From: Candidatus Daviesbacteria bacterium
Lineage (GTDB): Bacteria > Patescibacteriota > Microgenomatia > Daviesbacterales > UBA10151
Length of the DNA: 64,000 bases
Assembly: GCA_016176335.1 (NCBI GenBank)
Contig: JACOXI010000003.1
Location: 6,920-70,919 of the forward strand
Reading direction: 5' to 3'
This document shows positions 8,928-18,639 of this stretch, piece by piece; positions within the stretch are counted from its first letter, which is position 1, and every line of letters starts with the position of its first letter. The notes beneath the pieces were generated by a model. The model did no database searches, was not told the DNA's origin, and saw only the letters and a program-made list of their open reading frames with translations. A program made the position numbers and the translations under genes.

Positions 8928-9830
8928 TTCCCTTTCCACCATATATTGCACCATTTCCGAAAATAACTTTCTCATTTTGGCATCAGAAGTAATCTTTGGT
9001 ATTACTCTTTTTGCTCTAAAAGCATATTTTAACGCTTTGGCCTCTGCCTTGTCCACTGATTCTACTTCCCCATCCAAAATATCATCTCTAATCTGAAAAG
9101 CAATCCCTGCATTCTCCCCGAATTCTTTTATCCCGCGAAGCCTTGGCGAAGTGGGACCTGCTCCTGCCAGAATTGCTCCGAGTTTAAGAGGGCCTGAAAT
9201 AGTATATCTGGCTGTTTTAAGTTTAGCTGTAAGCTTCGGGTCAGCATGGGCAACATCAAGCATTTGTCCTATGGCAGTATCCAGCATTGTTTGGGAAAAA
9301 AATCTTAAGGCCTGGTTTTTTAATTTATCTTCAAAGTTGCTTTCAGTAATAATTTTTATTGCCAGAAAAAAGCCTGCATCTGCCAAAGTGATGGCCTGCT
9401 CCACTCCTACGCGCTTATACAAGGAGGGCTGACCACGTCTTTTGGGACTTTGATCAATTATGTCGTCATGGGCCAAAATGGCAGCATGAAATATCTCATA
9501 AGCTGCAGCAATTTTAATAATAGAGCTTTCAGCTGTCAGTATCGCTTCGCCCGCCTTTGGCGTGGCTTCGCTGTCAGCTTTCAGACTTTTTTTGTCTTTG
9601 TCTGATTGCTGATAGCTGATAGCTGATGACTCTTTTGCAATCTCATATCCCAACACCACCAAAGTTCCCCTGATTCTCTTGCCTCCCTTGCAGGCTTTGA
9701 TGAATTTGTCAACCAAAGGCAATAGACTTCCGGAAGTCTTGCCAACCCCATTCCTCCATTCTTTTAACAATCTCTTTAACTCTTTATCAATGTGTTCAAC
9801 TGTTTTTTGACTAAATATCTTAAAATCCAT
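8922..9830 (-). CDS. Polyprenyl (FPP/GGPP) synthase with in-frame repeat inserts
   Basis: GGKRIR, HDDIID..RRG, GQMLD, KTA, FQIRDDILD. Confidence 0.9.
   Translation of the reverse strand: MDFKIFSQKTVEHIDKELKRLLKEWRNGVGKTSGSLLPLVDKFIKACKGGKRIRGTLVVLGYEIAKESSAISYQQSDKDKKSLKADSEATPKAGEAILTAESSIIKIAAAYEIFHAAILAHDDIIDQSPKRRGQPSLYKRVGVEQAITLADAGFFLAIKIITESNFEDKLKNQALRFFSQTMLDTAIGQMLDVAHADPKLTAKLKTARYTISGPLKLGAILAGAGPTSPRLRGIKEFGENAGIAFQIRDDILDGEVESVDKAEAKALKYAFRAKRVIPKITSDAKMRKLFSEMVQYMVEREK
9523..9635 (-). repeat. Empty heptamer cassette, in frame in the polyprenyl synthase
   Basis: 20-nt identities to 6704-6723 and 7082-7101. Confidence 0.85.
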
Positions 9831-9856
9831 TGCCTAAATTTACCATATCCTTGGAT

Positions 9857-10788
9857 CTAGTGCACTTTTTTAGTAGAATTTCTTGACTCGATAACTCTTT
9901 TTGCCATAGGGATAATAATGCTTTTCCTCATCAAAACACCATCTCTACAAGAAATGTTATTTTCGAATTTAATACCCAGTGTTTGTGTAAGTAGTGTCTT
10001 AGAGGGTTCATCCACTACAACAAAAGTGTTTTTTATTTTTTCTGTATCAATAAGTGAGAGGAAAATCAAATCTAAGTTTTTTTCTTTTTTTATTTTAGTA
10101 AGTACTTTTTGTATTTCTTCTTTGTTTTTATTGACAAAATCATCAGTATTAACAATTTCTAATTGTGCAATTCCTAACTGTTTAGAACGAAATTCGAAAG
10201 TTGCAAAGTCATCACAGAATACTTCTTTTAAGGGTTTTTTAAATACTGACTTTGCCACAAACATTTTATGGACATAGTTTTCAGGTGAATCAAATTGTTT
10301 TACCAACCAATCATACATTTTCTTGTCCCTATCTGTAGTTACATTCGCTTGGAAATTAACGGTATTTGAGATGATCGCTGAGTAAAGCAGGGCTGCGGAG
10401 GAAGAAGTTATAATTATTTTTTCTTTAAAGAATTTTTCAGCAATTAAGGTTGCACAGGACCCAACCAATTCAATCTGTATTTTTGCATTAGGAAATTTAT
10501 CTGCTTGATTACTTGCTTTGGGTCAATTAAGTTTGAGATACCGCGTAAATCACTTGCATCCACAAGGATTAACCTGTCTTTCTGATTGAGAATGTTTTCT
10601 GCTTGAGCAGGTTTATCAATATCAAAGGTTTTAAAGACAAATTGTGCCTCACTGTGAGGTGTACCAAAAAGCGCAGCAATTGCATTCTTACCTTTTTTTT
10701 TAAGTAACTCTGCATATGCTATCGCAGAGGCAGTACCATCCAAGTCAGGATTGGAATAACCAGTAACAATAATACGTGATTGAGACAT
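9857..10788 (-). pseudogene. ppaC: Mn-dependent inorganic pyrophosphatase (DHH family), frameshifted
   Basis: NPDLDG, LVD, VGSCAT, IISNT and RK motifs split across two frames at ~10505; the IIDH motif is absent. Confidence 0.8.
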
Positions 10789-10794
10789 AAGTTT

Positions 10795-11004
10795 TTAACA
10801 ACAATATGAGCATCTGGGAGAAGTTATTAATAACCTCGTTCCTGGAGACCTCCTTGCTTTTTCAAAAACAATTTCTTCTGAACCAACCCTCATTTGCCTA
10901 GTAACAATTTCAATCATCCTTCCTCTGTAGGCAATAACTTCATCTCCAATTGGTACTGGAATAGTACTTCCCTGCATATGTTCTTCTGCTTCTTGCCTTG
11001 ACAT
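10795..11004 (-). pseudogene. Probable N-terminal fragment of a NUDIX hydrolase
   Basis: YRGRMIEIV..FEKARRSPGTRLLI, then stops before any Nudix box. Confidence 0.45.
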
Positions 11005-11354
11005 GTGTCAAATATATAATAAGTATGTTGATAGAACCTTGGATCGAGAGATTCTGTGTAGTCTGTTCTTTGCGGTAACTCTTTTTGCCCAATCCAGAAG
11101 ATACCGCACAAGTTACCATTTTCATCTACCCTATCCGTAAGAGCATAAATAGTCCGACCTTTTTGTCTCCAGATCTCATACTTCTCCGGTGACATAAAAC
11201 GACCTTCATCACCATCCAGGTTAATAGGGTCTTTTTCAATTTGAGTGAATATGATAAGTTGGTTTACCTGATGTAGAGTTATACCGAAATGGATATAAAA
11301 AGATTCTTGCGTCTGCTCTGCAATAACTTCTTTAAGAACTTCATGCGTATTCAT
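10914..11354 (-). CDS. Hypothetical protein, probably truncated
   Basis: TATAAT upstream; C-terminus runs into the next ORF. Confidence 0.4.
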   Translation of the reverse strand: MNTHEVLKEVIAEQTQESFYIHFGITLHQVNQLIIFTQIEKDPINLDGDEGRFMSPEKYEIWRQKGRTIYALTDRVDENGNLCGIFWIGQKELPQRTDYTESLDPRFYQHTYYIFDTCQGKKQKNICREVLFQYQLEMKLLPTEEG

Positions 11355-11401
11355 TATAGAGTATTATACTACTTGGTTTCTAGCCCTGTTATAATCACAG
11401 T

Positions 11402-12022
11402 ATGATAAAAGCTGTATTTTTCGATATCAATGACACTTTAACTAATCACTCTCGCGCACAAGAAGTCGCCATTAAGAAAATGGCCGTCTTTTTATCTAAA
11501 CATGATGAAACAGAATTTATCAAAGTTTGGAAAGAGACAGCCAAAAAATATTGGGAGCTTTTTGAGAAAAGGAAAATAACCTTTGAGGAGCAGCGCCTAC
11601 AGAGAGTAGAGTCCGTCTGGAATCATTTTAAAGCTAAATTGACACCTGAGCAGATTAACCAATATGCCAATTATTATGTTAGTTATTATGAGCAAGTATT
11701 AAGTATAAACCCCACTCTTAAAGTTTTTCTTGAATTATTACAAACAAACCACATTCCAGCGGGTATTATATCCAATGGACATGGACACATACAAAGGAGG
11801 AGATTAAAAGTTATCGGAATTGAGCCACACTTGACTAACAGGCTGGTCTTTATTTCTGAGGAGATTGGCATTGCTAAACCGGATGAAAAAATATTCATAC
11901 AAGCAGAAAAAGCTGTTGGTGTTTCCTCTTCAGATATCCTTTTCTTTGGAGATGACCTTAAAAACGATATTGAACCAGCTAAAAAAAGAGGTTGGAGAAC
12001 TGTACTGATAACACCTCCGTAG
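11402..12022 (+). CDS. HAD-superfamily hydrolase
   Basis: FFDINDTL, ISNG, KPD, GDDLKND. Confidence 0.9.
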   Translation: MIKAVFFDINDTLTNHSRAQEVAIKKMAVFLSKHDETEFIKVWKETAKKYWELFEKRKITFEEQRLQRVESVWNHFKAKLTPEQINQYANYYVSYYEQVLSINPTLKVFLELLQTNHIPAGIISNGHGHIQRRRLKVIGIEPHLTNRLVFISEEIGIAKPDEKIFIQAEKAVGVSSSDILFFGDDLKNDIEPAKKRGWRTVLITPP

Positions 12023-12081
12023 TTTGCTTCTTGTGGATGCTTTTTGATGTGACGAGCCGATTAATGGTAGAATTGCCTTTC

Positions 12082-13233
12082 ATGAAAAGCAAACTTTCTC
12101 TTCGCGACTTTCCTTCCGCTCAAAAAAGACGCCAGTTTTTAGAAAAAGAGTTAAAACTAGACTTGGACAGTCTTGGTAGTTTCACTTTTTCAGAGGAAGA
12201 AGTCACCGGTAGAAATATAGAAAATCTAATTGGAGCAACACATATTCCTTTGGGTATCGCTGGTCCACTCAAAATCATAAATCATAAATCATCAATCATA
12301 AATCACTTTATACCATTGGCCACTACCGAAGGAGCATTGGTAGCTTCTTTATCCCGCGGCTGCAAGGCCATCACAGAAAGTGGCGGGACAGAAGTTTTGG
12401 TGGAAAATATCGGTATCACCCGCGGCCCGGTATTTAGGACTGAAAGCTTGCAGCATGGACAACAAATCAAAAAGTGGGTGGAGCAAAACTTCACCAAGTT
12501 GGCCAAGGTATCAAAAAGTACTTCTTCCCATCTGAAATTACTGAAAGTAGAACCAGCCATGGTGGGACGTAATTTGTGGCTTCGTTTCTATTTTGATACT
12601 GAAGATGCCATGGGCATGAATATGGCAACAATTGCCACAGATGAGGCAGTGAAACTAATTGAAAAGGAAACAAAAGCTAAGTGTATATCTTTGGCAGGAA
12701 ATTATGACATTGACAAAAAGCCCTCTTGGCTGAATTTCATTTCCGGGCGGGGTAAAAAGGTCTGGGCAGAAGCTGTCTTACCCAAAAAAGTGGTCAGGGA
12801 AGTGCTTAAAACTACGCCGGAAAAGATGGCCGAGGTAGTCTATAGAAAATGCTTGCTGGGTTCAGCAGTCAGCGGTTCATTGGGCTTTAATGCTCATTTT
12901 GCCAATATACTCTCCGCCATCTTTCTGGCCACCGGCCAAGATCCCGCTCATGTGGTGGAAGGCAGTTTGGGAGTGACCACTGCCGAGGTTATGCCCAATG
13001 GCAACTTATATTTCTCCGTCTATCTGCCATCTTTGGTGGTGGGAGTAGTTGGCGGAGGAACACATCTGCCTACCCAAAAAAAAGCCTTAGAAATTATGCA
13101 GGTGAACAATGTGCTAGAATATACTCGGGCTGTGGGAGCAGCTGTTATTTCTGGTGAAATTTCATTAATTGCCTCTCTTTCGGAAGGAAGTTTGGCAAAA
13201 GCACACCGGAAACTGGGTAGAAAAGGAAAATAG
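12082..13233 (+). CDS. hmgA: Class I (NADPH) HMG-CoA reductase
   Basis: ENLIG, PLATTEGALVAS, DAMGMNM, GQDPAH; start moved to ATG 12082 after TGgTAGAAT. Confidence 0.95.
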   Translation: MKSKLSLRDFPSAQKRRQFLEKELKLDLDSLGSFTFSEEEVTGRNIENLIGATHIPLGIAGPLKIINHKSSIINHFIPLATTEGALVASLSRGCKAITESGGTEVLVENIGITRGPVFRTESLQHGQQIKKWVEQNFTKLAKVSKSTSSHLKLLKVEPAMVGRNLWLRFYFDTEDAMGMNMATIATDEAVKLIEKETKAKCISLAGNYDIDKKPSWLNFISGRGKKVWAEAVLPKKVVREVLKTTPEKMAEVVYRKCLLGSAVSGSLGFNAHFANILSAIFLATGQDPAHVVEGSLGVTTAEVMPNGNLYFSVYLPSLVVGVVGGGTHLPTQKKALEIMQVNNVLEYTRAVGAAVISGEISLIASLSEGSLAKAHRKLGRKGK

Positions 13234-13234
13234 G

Positions 13235-13373
13235 AGCGAAGTCACAAGTAATCAAAAAATGTAGTGCAGTTGAGCGCACCACTTATTCAATGTTTCGAAA
13301 CCAGAATCTGGCGCGAAACAAACACCAAGTGAGCGATCCGGTCGCGCGAACGGTTTTTTGTACTGTGACGAGC
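13235..13373 (+). repeat. ~138-nt structured dispersed element, copy 1
   Basis: Homologous to 26621-26757 and 57814-57951. Confidence 0.85.
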
Positions 13374-13383
13374 GACAAACATT

Positions 13384-14427
13384 ATGATAGGCATTGTTTC
13401 TTACGGAGTTTATATACCAATATTTAGGATCAAACCATCGCAAATTGCTCAAGCTTGGGGTAAAGGGTTTGGGGAAATTGAAAAATCTTTGGGGGTATAT
13501 GAGAAGACAGTTGCCTCATATGATGAGGATGCTATAACTTTGGCAGTTGAAGCCTCATACCAAGCTTTAGTAAACGCCCAAATCAAACCACAACAAATAG
13601 ATGCCATCACAGTTGGTTCAGAGTCCCATCCGTACGCTGTAAAACCATCCTCAACTACAGTGGCAGGAATTTTGGGGTTACCAGAAGAATTGCTGGCAGT
13701 AGATTTGGAATTTGCCTGCAAAGCAGGAACAGCAGGGATTCAACTACTTGCCGACTTTTCCCAGGCAGGTCATGCCAAATACTGCTTGGCAGTGGGATCT
13801 GATGTTGCTCAATCGCGTCCATCCGATGTTTTGGAATACACCGCCTCATCCGCCGCCGCAGCCTTTATTTTGGGTAAAAGTAATATCATTGCCAATATAG
13901 TAGATTTCACGTCTTTCTCTTCTGATACTCCTGATTTTTGGAGAAGAGACAGCGAAAAATTTCCCTCTCATGCAGGCAGATTTACAGGCTCCCCTGCTTA
14001 CTTTGCCCACGTATTAGGTGCATCAGAAAGGATGTTTGAGAAAACTAAAATGAAGCCTCAAGATTTTGATTATGCTGTTTTCCATATGCCCAATGCCAAA
14101 TTTCCCAAAGAGGCCGCCAAAAAATTGGGATTTACTCCCAAACAACTTGAGGCAGGATTTATTGTTCCCCAAATAGGCAACCCCTATTCTGCCTCATCAA
14201 TGATCGGTTTGGCTGCCATCTTGGATGTGGCAAAGGCAGGAGATAAAATTTTTATGTGCTCATATGGATCGGGAGCCGGTTCAGATGCTTTCATGTTTGA
14301 GGTAACAAAAGAAATTACAGCTCATCAAAAAAGAAATCAGGAAACTGTAACAAAACAAATTAAAGATAAAGAGTATATAGATTACTCACTAATTGCTAAA
14401 AATATTTTGACAAAGTACAGGATCTAG
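13384..14427 (+). CDS. HMG-CoA synthase, archaeal type
   Basis: GSESHPYAVKP, EFACKAGT, RFTG, FHMPN, SYGSGAGSD. Confidence 0.93.
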   Translation: MIGIVSYGVYIPIFRIKPSQIAQAWGKGFGEIEKSLGVYEKTVASYDEDAITLAVEASYQALVNAQIKPQQIDAITVGSESHPYAVKPSSTTVAGILGLPEELLAVDLEFACKAGTAGIQLLADFSQAGHAKYCLAVGSDVAQSRPSDVLEYTASSAAAAFILGKSNIIANIVDFTSFSSDTPDFWRRDSEKFPSHAGRFTGSPAYFAHVLGASERMFEKTKMKPQDFDYAVFHMPNAKFPKEAAKKLGFTPKQLEAGFIVPQIGNPYSASSMIGLAAILDVAKAGDKIFMCSYGSGAGSDAFMFEVTKEITAHQKRNQETVTKQIKDKEYIDYSLIAKNILTKYRI

Positions 14428-14538
14428 AGGAATGTAGAATTCAGAGTTTAGAGTTCAGAATGGTGTAGAATTTAGAATTCTTAAATTGATTATAAATTCT
14501 AAATTTAATTCTGAATTATGAATTCTTAATTATAAATT
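14428..14538. repeat. Inverted degenerate heptamer array (AGAATTY type)
   Basis: 7-nt periodicity with a complementary second half. Confidence 0.6.
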
Positions 14539-15672
14539 ATGAAAGTAAAAGTATTAGGAACAGGTCTTACTAAGTTTGGAGAGCATTGGGACAAAAGTCT
14601 TAAAGATTTGGCTTTTGCTGCTGCTAAAGAAGCCATTGAGGACTCAGGACTTGACACTGACAAAATAGATGCTGTCTTTGTTGCTAACATGCTCCATGGA
14701 AAGCTCACGGGACAGGATCATCTGGGAGCTTTAGTTGCTTCAAATTTAGGAATTGTTGGCGGAGCTTTTAGGGTGGAAGCAGCTTGCGCTTCAGGGGGAA
14801 TCGCCATACATTTGGCCATCCAATCTCTCATGTCTGGAACCTATAAAAATGTACTGGTGGTGGGAGCTGAAAAAATGACCGATGCAGGAGCCTCCGAGAT
14901 TTCATCAGCTTTAATGGGTGCAGGTAGTGAGGATGAAAGAAAAGCTGGGCTGACCTTTCCTGCTTTATATGCCCTGATGGCCAAAGCCCACATGCAAAAA
15001 TATGGCACCACAAGATCGCATTTAGCCTCTGTTTCTGTTAAAAATCATTATCATGCTTCCTTAAATGAAAAAGCTCAATTCCCATATGAAGTAACTTTAG
15101 AAAAAGTCTTAGAAAGCCCAATCATCTCCTCTCCTTTTACTCTTTTTGATGTCTGTCCTGTTACTGATGGGGCAGGTGCTGTAGTCTTAAGTTCAGATTC
15201 CACCCAACCTGGAGTTTTTATTACTGGCTCTGCTGTGGCCACAGATACTGTAGATCTTTCCCAAAGAAGTAGCCTAATAGAAATTGCCGCCACCAGGCAG
15301 GCTGCAAAAGAAGCTCTAAAACAGGCTGGGGTCAAAATAAGTGACATCAAAGTGGCAGAAGTTCATGACTGTTTCACCATTGCAGAAATTTTGGCCATGG
15401 AAGATTTGGGCTTTTGCCAAAAAGGCGAAGGTGGAAAGTTCATCCAAAAAGGCTCAACTAAACTTGGAGGAAGCTGTCCTGTCAATACTTCTGGAGGACT
15501 TAAGGCTTGCGGTCATCCTGTGGCAGCAACAGGAGTAAAACAAATTATAGAAATTACCCGTCAGCTACAAGGAAGGGTGGGTAAAAGACAAGTTGCAAAT
15601 GCAGATGTTGGTTTAACACACAATGTAGGAGGAACTGGAGGAACAGTGGTGGTACATGTATTACAAACTTAA
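14539..15672 (+). CDS. Acetoacetyl-CoA thiolase, archaeal/SCP2-like type
   Basis: EAACASG, EVHDCF, GHPVAATG, HNVGG. Confidence 0.93.
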   Translation: MKVKVLGTGLTKFGEHWDKSLKDLAFAAAKEAIEDSGLDTDKIDAVFVANMLHGKLTGQDHLGALVASNLGIVGGAFRVEAACASGGIAIHLAIQSLMSGTYKNVLVVGAEKMTDAGASEISSALMGAGSEDERKAGLTFPALYALMAKAHMQKYGTTRSHLASVSVKNHYHASLNEKAQFPYEVTLEKVLESPIISSPFTLFDVCPVTDGAGAVVLSSDSTQPGVFITGSAVATDTVDLSQRSSLIEIAATRQAAKEALKQAGVKISDIKVAEVHDCFTIAEILAMEDLGFCQKGEGGKFIQKGSTKLGGSCPVNTSGGLKACGHPVAATGVKQIIEITRQLQGRVGKRQVANADVGLTHNVGGTGGTVVVHVLQT

Positions 15673-15768
15673 AACTCAAATGTCAAAACTCAAAACTACA
15701 ACTATAATCTCAAAAGTTTTAAGATTTAAGATGCAGATTTGCAATTTGAGATCTAAGATTTGAGATAA
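15673..15768. repeat. Inverted degenerate heptamer array (CTCAAAA/TTGAGAT type)
   Basis: 7-nt periodicity with a complementary second half. Confidence 0.6.
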
Positions 15769-15773
15769 ATATT

Positions 15774-16094
15774 ATGAATAGTAGTCCTGTACAAATTTGG
15801 AGAAAACATAAAAATTTACATAATTACCTGGGTAAAACAGGTAGGCTTTTGGTTTGGACTAAGATCTTTGTGGCCCCAACCGGTTTTGAGCACCAAACCC
15901 CCTATATTGTAGGCATTGTACAATTTGAAGACCCTTCGACAAGTTCAGGGCAAGTTAGATTGCCTGCGCAAGTTGTAGATTGTCCTGAAGAATCCCTAAA
16001 AGTAAACCAAAAGGTACAAGTAGTGATCCGAAAAATAGGTAAAGCAAAAGCTGAAGATGTTATTGAATATGGAATAAAGGTAAAACCTTTATGA
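15774..16094 (+). CDS. DUF35/ChsH2-like OB-fold partner of thiolase and HMG-CoA synthase
   Basis: APTGFEHQTPYIVGIV, IEYGIKVKP; follows the thiolase gene. Confidence 0.85.
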   Translation: MNSSPVQIWRKHKNLHNYLGKTGRLLVWTKIFVAPTGFEHQTPYIVGIVQFEDPSTSSGQVRLPAQVVDCPEESLKVNQKVQVVIRKIGKAKAEDVIEYGIKVKPL

Positions 16095-16996
16095 TTTCGT
16101 TTTCGGCTCCAGGCAAAATTCATCTGCTTGGCGAGCATGCTGTAGTGTATGGTAAACCTGCTGTGCTTGCTGCCATAGACCTTAGAGTCCATGTCAAAAT
16201 TTCTCCCTCTCGTCATGCTGATCTCAACAAAGAATCTGATTCTCTAAAAAAAATCATTGAGCCTATTGTTAAAAAAGAGCTTAAGATTAAAAAAATTCCA
16301 CCTTATGATCTTAAGATTTTATCGGAAATACCCGTAGGCTCTGGTTTAGGCTCATCAGCTGCTGTATCATCTGCCTACATTGCCGCTATCCTCTCTTTTT
16401 TAAATGTTAAATGGAATTTGGAGCTTGTGAACAATCTGGCTTATGAAGCAGAAAAAGTCTTTCATGGCAATCCTTCAGGGGCAGACAACTTCGTGGTGGT
16501 ATATGGAGGGGTTGTTTGGTTCCACAAACAAACAGAGCCGGTTAAACTGTCCTCTCAAATTAAACAATTTATGCTGATTGATTCCGGCAAACCAGTGGAA
16601 TCAACCAAGGAAATGGTGGAGAAAGTCAGAATCAAGCTACAAGAATCAAGAATTGAGGTTCAAAAGATTTTTGATGATCAGGAAAGGTTGGTCAAAGAAC
16701 TGGTAGTAGCCTTAAAAGATGGGAACCAAAACCAATTAATCAGCATTATCAGGCAGGGAGAAAAGAATTTGGAAAGTTTAGGTGTGGTGGGTAGAAAGGC
16801 CCAAAATATCATCCGGCTGGTGGAAAAGACAGGCGGGGTAGCCAAAATCAGCGGAGCAGGCGGAGTAAAGAGCGGTTCCGGTATGCTGCTTTGCTATCAC
16901 CCACACCCCAAAACTTTGCTTAGCTTCACCAAGACCCATTATCTGCCGACCCTCTCCATTGCACTGGGAGAGAAGGGTTTACTTCTTTGTCGATAA
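16091..16996 (+). CDS. mvk: Mevalonate kinase
   Basis: APGKIHLLGEHAVVYG, PVGSGLGSSAA, HGNPSGAD, KISGAGG. Confidence 0.88.
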   Translation: MISFSAPGKIHLLGEHAVVYGKPAVLAAIDLRVHVKISPSRHADLNKESDSLKKIIEPIVKKELKIKKIPPYDLKILSEIPVGSGLGSSAAVSSAYIAAILSFLNVKWNLELVNNLAYEAEKVFHGNPSGADNFVVVYGGVVWFHKQTEPVKLSSQIKQFMLIDSGKPVESTKEMVEKVRIKLQESRIEVQKIFDDQERLVKELVVALKDGNQNQLISIIRQGEKNLESLGVVGRKAQNIIRLVEKTGGVAKISGAGGVKSGSGMLLCYHPHPKTLLSFTKTHYLPTLSIALGEKGLLLCR

Positions 16997-17579
16997 AATA
17001 ACGAGTTTGGCTGGGTTAAGCATCTGTCCACTGCAAAACCAATCTGCTGCAATAATATCCTGGCTCCCTCCCCATTCGCCACAATTGCCTCTTGTCCAAA
17101 CTCCGCTCGAGCGGGCTGGGGATAAACAACAGAATAACCCCGGCTTTTACCCTGCTGCCCTCCCAAATAGTCCACATCCTTCCAGATTTTGAATCTCCTA
17201 CCTCCTAATATTTCTACTCTAGTGAGGTTAGCCTCAACCGAATTCCCTAACTCATCCCATTTGACCAACAGGCGGCTGATTAAAACAGTACCATGCTCAT
17301 CCTTACTATCTGTTCCCATCACAATCCCCAGATTAATTATTTCTGTTTCTGACTCGCTTGCTGTCTGCAGTCGCATCCCGAGTCTGGTAGCCGGCACCCC
17401 TTTGTCTTGATCTTCCTTACGAAGGTCCATAGCCTGAGCATCGTGTACGACTCTTTCAATGCGAGCGCGAATATTTTCTGCCTGCTCTCGTAGCGGCACC
17501 TCTGGAAATTCACTCCTTTGACCCCTTCTAACTTCTCCCCTAAGTTGTCTAATATTTCTCTTTCGGTAAATTTCGTCAT
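16939..17579 (-). pseudogene. Orphan hypothetical gene inside the mevalonate operon, apparently frameshifted
   Basis: ATG 17579 after TAGAAT; ORF 16939-17499 continues in the -1 frame. Confidence 0.35.
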
Positions 17580-17655
17580 ATTGTAAGAATTCTAAACGTT
17601 AGTCATGCCAAAATCAAGCATAGCTTTCCTAATTTAGGTAATATATAATCCAGCC

Positions 17656-18639
17656 ATGATCAAACAAGTGCAGGTGTCTGCACCGGGAAAATTAATGTTA
17701 TTTGGGGAACATGCTGTTTTATATGGCAGGCCCTGCATTGTCACAGCTGTGGGACAAAGAATGAAAGCTACAGTTACACTCACTGATGAGCCTATTTTTG
17801 AGCTTAATGCTCCTGATGTAGCGGTTGTACACTACCAAAAACTCATGCACGAGCTTGGCCGGGGAGAAATCCCCAAGGGAGCAAAATTTGTAGAAATGGC
17901 TGTGTATAATTTTTATAATAATTATAAAAGCTATATTAAAGAGTCCGGAATTCAAGTTACCACTACTTCTGACTTTTCCTCCCAGTTTGGCTTTGGCTCC
18001 TCCTCTGCTGCTACTGTTTGCGTGATCAAAGCTTTATCCCAGTTAACCGGATCCAAACTTTCCAACAAAGCTATTTTTGATTTATCCTACCTGACAGTTT
18101 TGGATATTCAAGGCAAAGGTTCCGGCTTTGATGTGGCAGCAGCTGTATATGGTGGAACTTTGTACTTTGTGATTGGAGGCAAGGTGATTAAACCATTAAA
18201 CCTCCCTTATTTACCTCTCATAGTGGGTTATTCAGGGATTAAGGCTGATACAGTAGATCTTATAAATCAGGTTTCCCGGAAAGCTGCCAAATTTCCAAAA
18301 GTAATAGATGACATCTATACTTCCATCGGGGAATTAGTTCTTCAGGCTAAAAAAGCTATCCTAAAACAGGATTGGGAAACTTTAGGAGAACTGATGTATT
18401 TAAACCAGGGATATTTGTCTGCTTTAGGAGTAAGCAGTGGCAAATTGGAATCCATGATCCATGCTGCCAGAGAAGCTGGAGCATATGGAGCTAAATTATC
18501 CGGAGCAGGAGGCGGAGACTGTATGATAGCCTTGGCTCCTTCTAAATCCAAAAATGGTGTTGAGGAGGCCATAAACAAAGCTGGTGGACAAACAATAGAT
18601 GTCAAAACAAATGTTCCCGGTGTTAGAATAGAAAAATGA
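17656..18639 (+). CDS. Second GHMP kinase, probably phosphomevalonate kinase
   Basis: APGKLMLFGEHAV, GFGSSSAA, QGKGSGFD, KLSGAGGGDC; directly before mvaD. Confidence 0.75.
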   Translation: MIKQVQVSAPGKLMLFGEHAVLYGRPCIVTAVGQRMKATVTLTDEPIFELNAPDVAVVHYQKLMHELGRGEIPKGAKFVEMAVYNFYNNYKSYIKESGIQVTTTSDFSSQFGFGSSSAATVCVIKALSQLTGSKLSNKAIFDLSYLTVLDIQGKGSGFDVAAAVYGGTLYFVIGGKVIKPLNLPYLPLIVGYSGIKADTVDLINQVSRKAAKFPKVIDDIYTSIGELVLQAKKAILKQDWETLGELMYLNQGYLSALGVSSGKLESMIHAAREAGAYGAKLSGAGGGDCMIALAPSKSKNGVEEAINKAGGQTIDVKTNVPGVRIEK

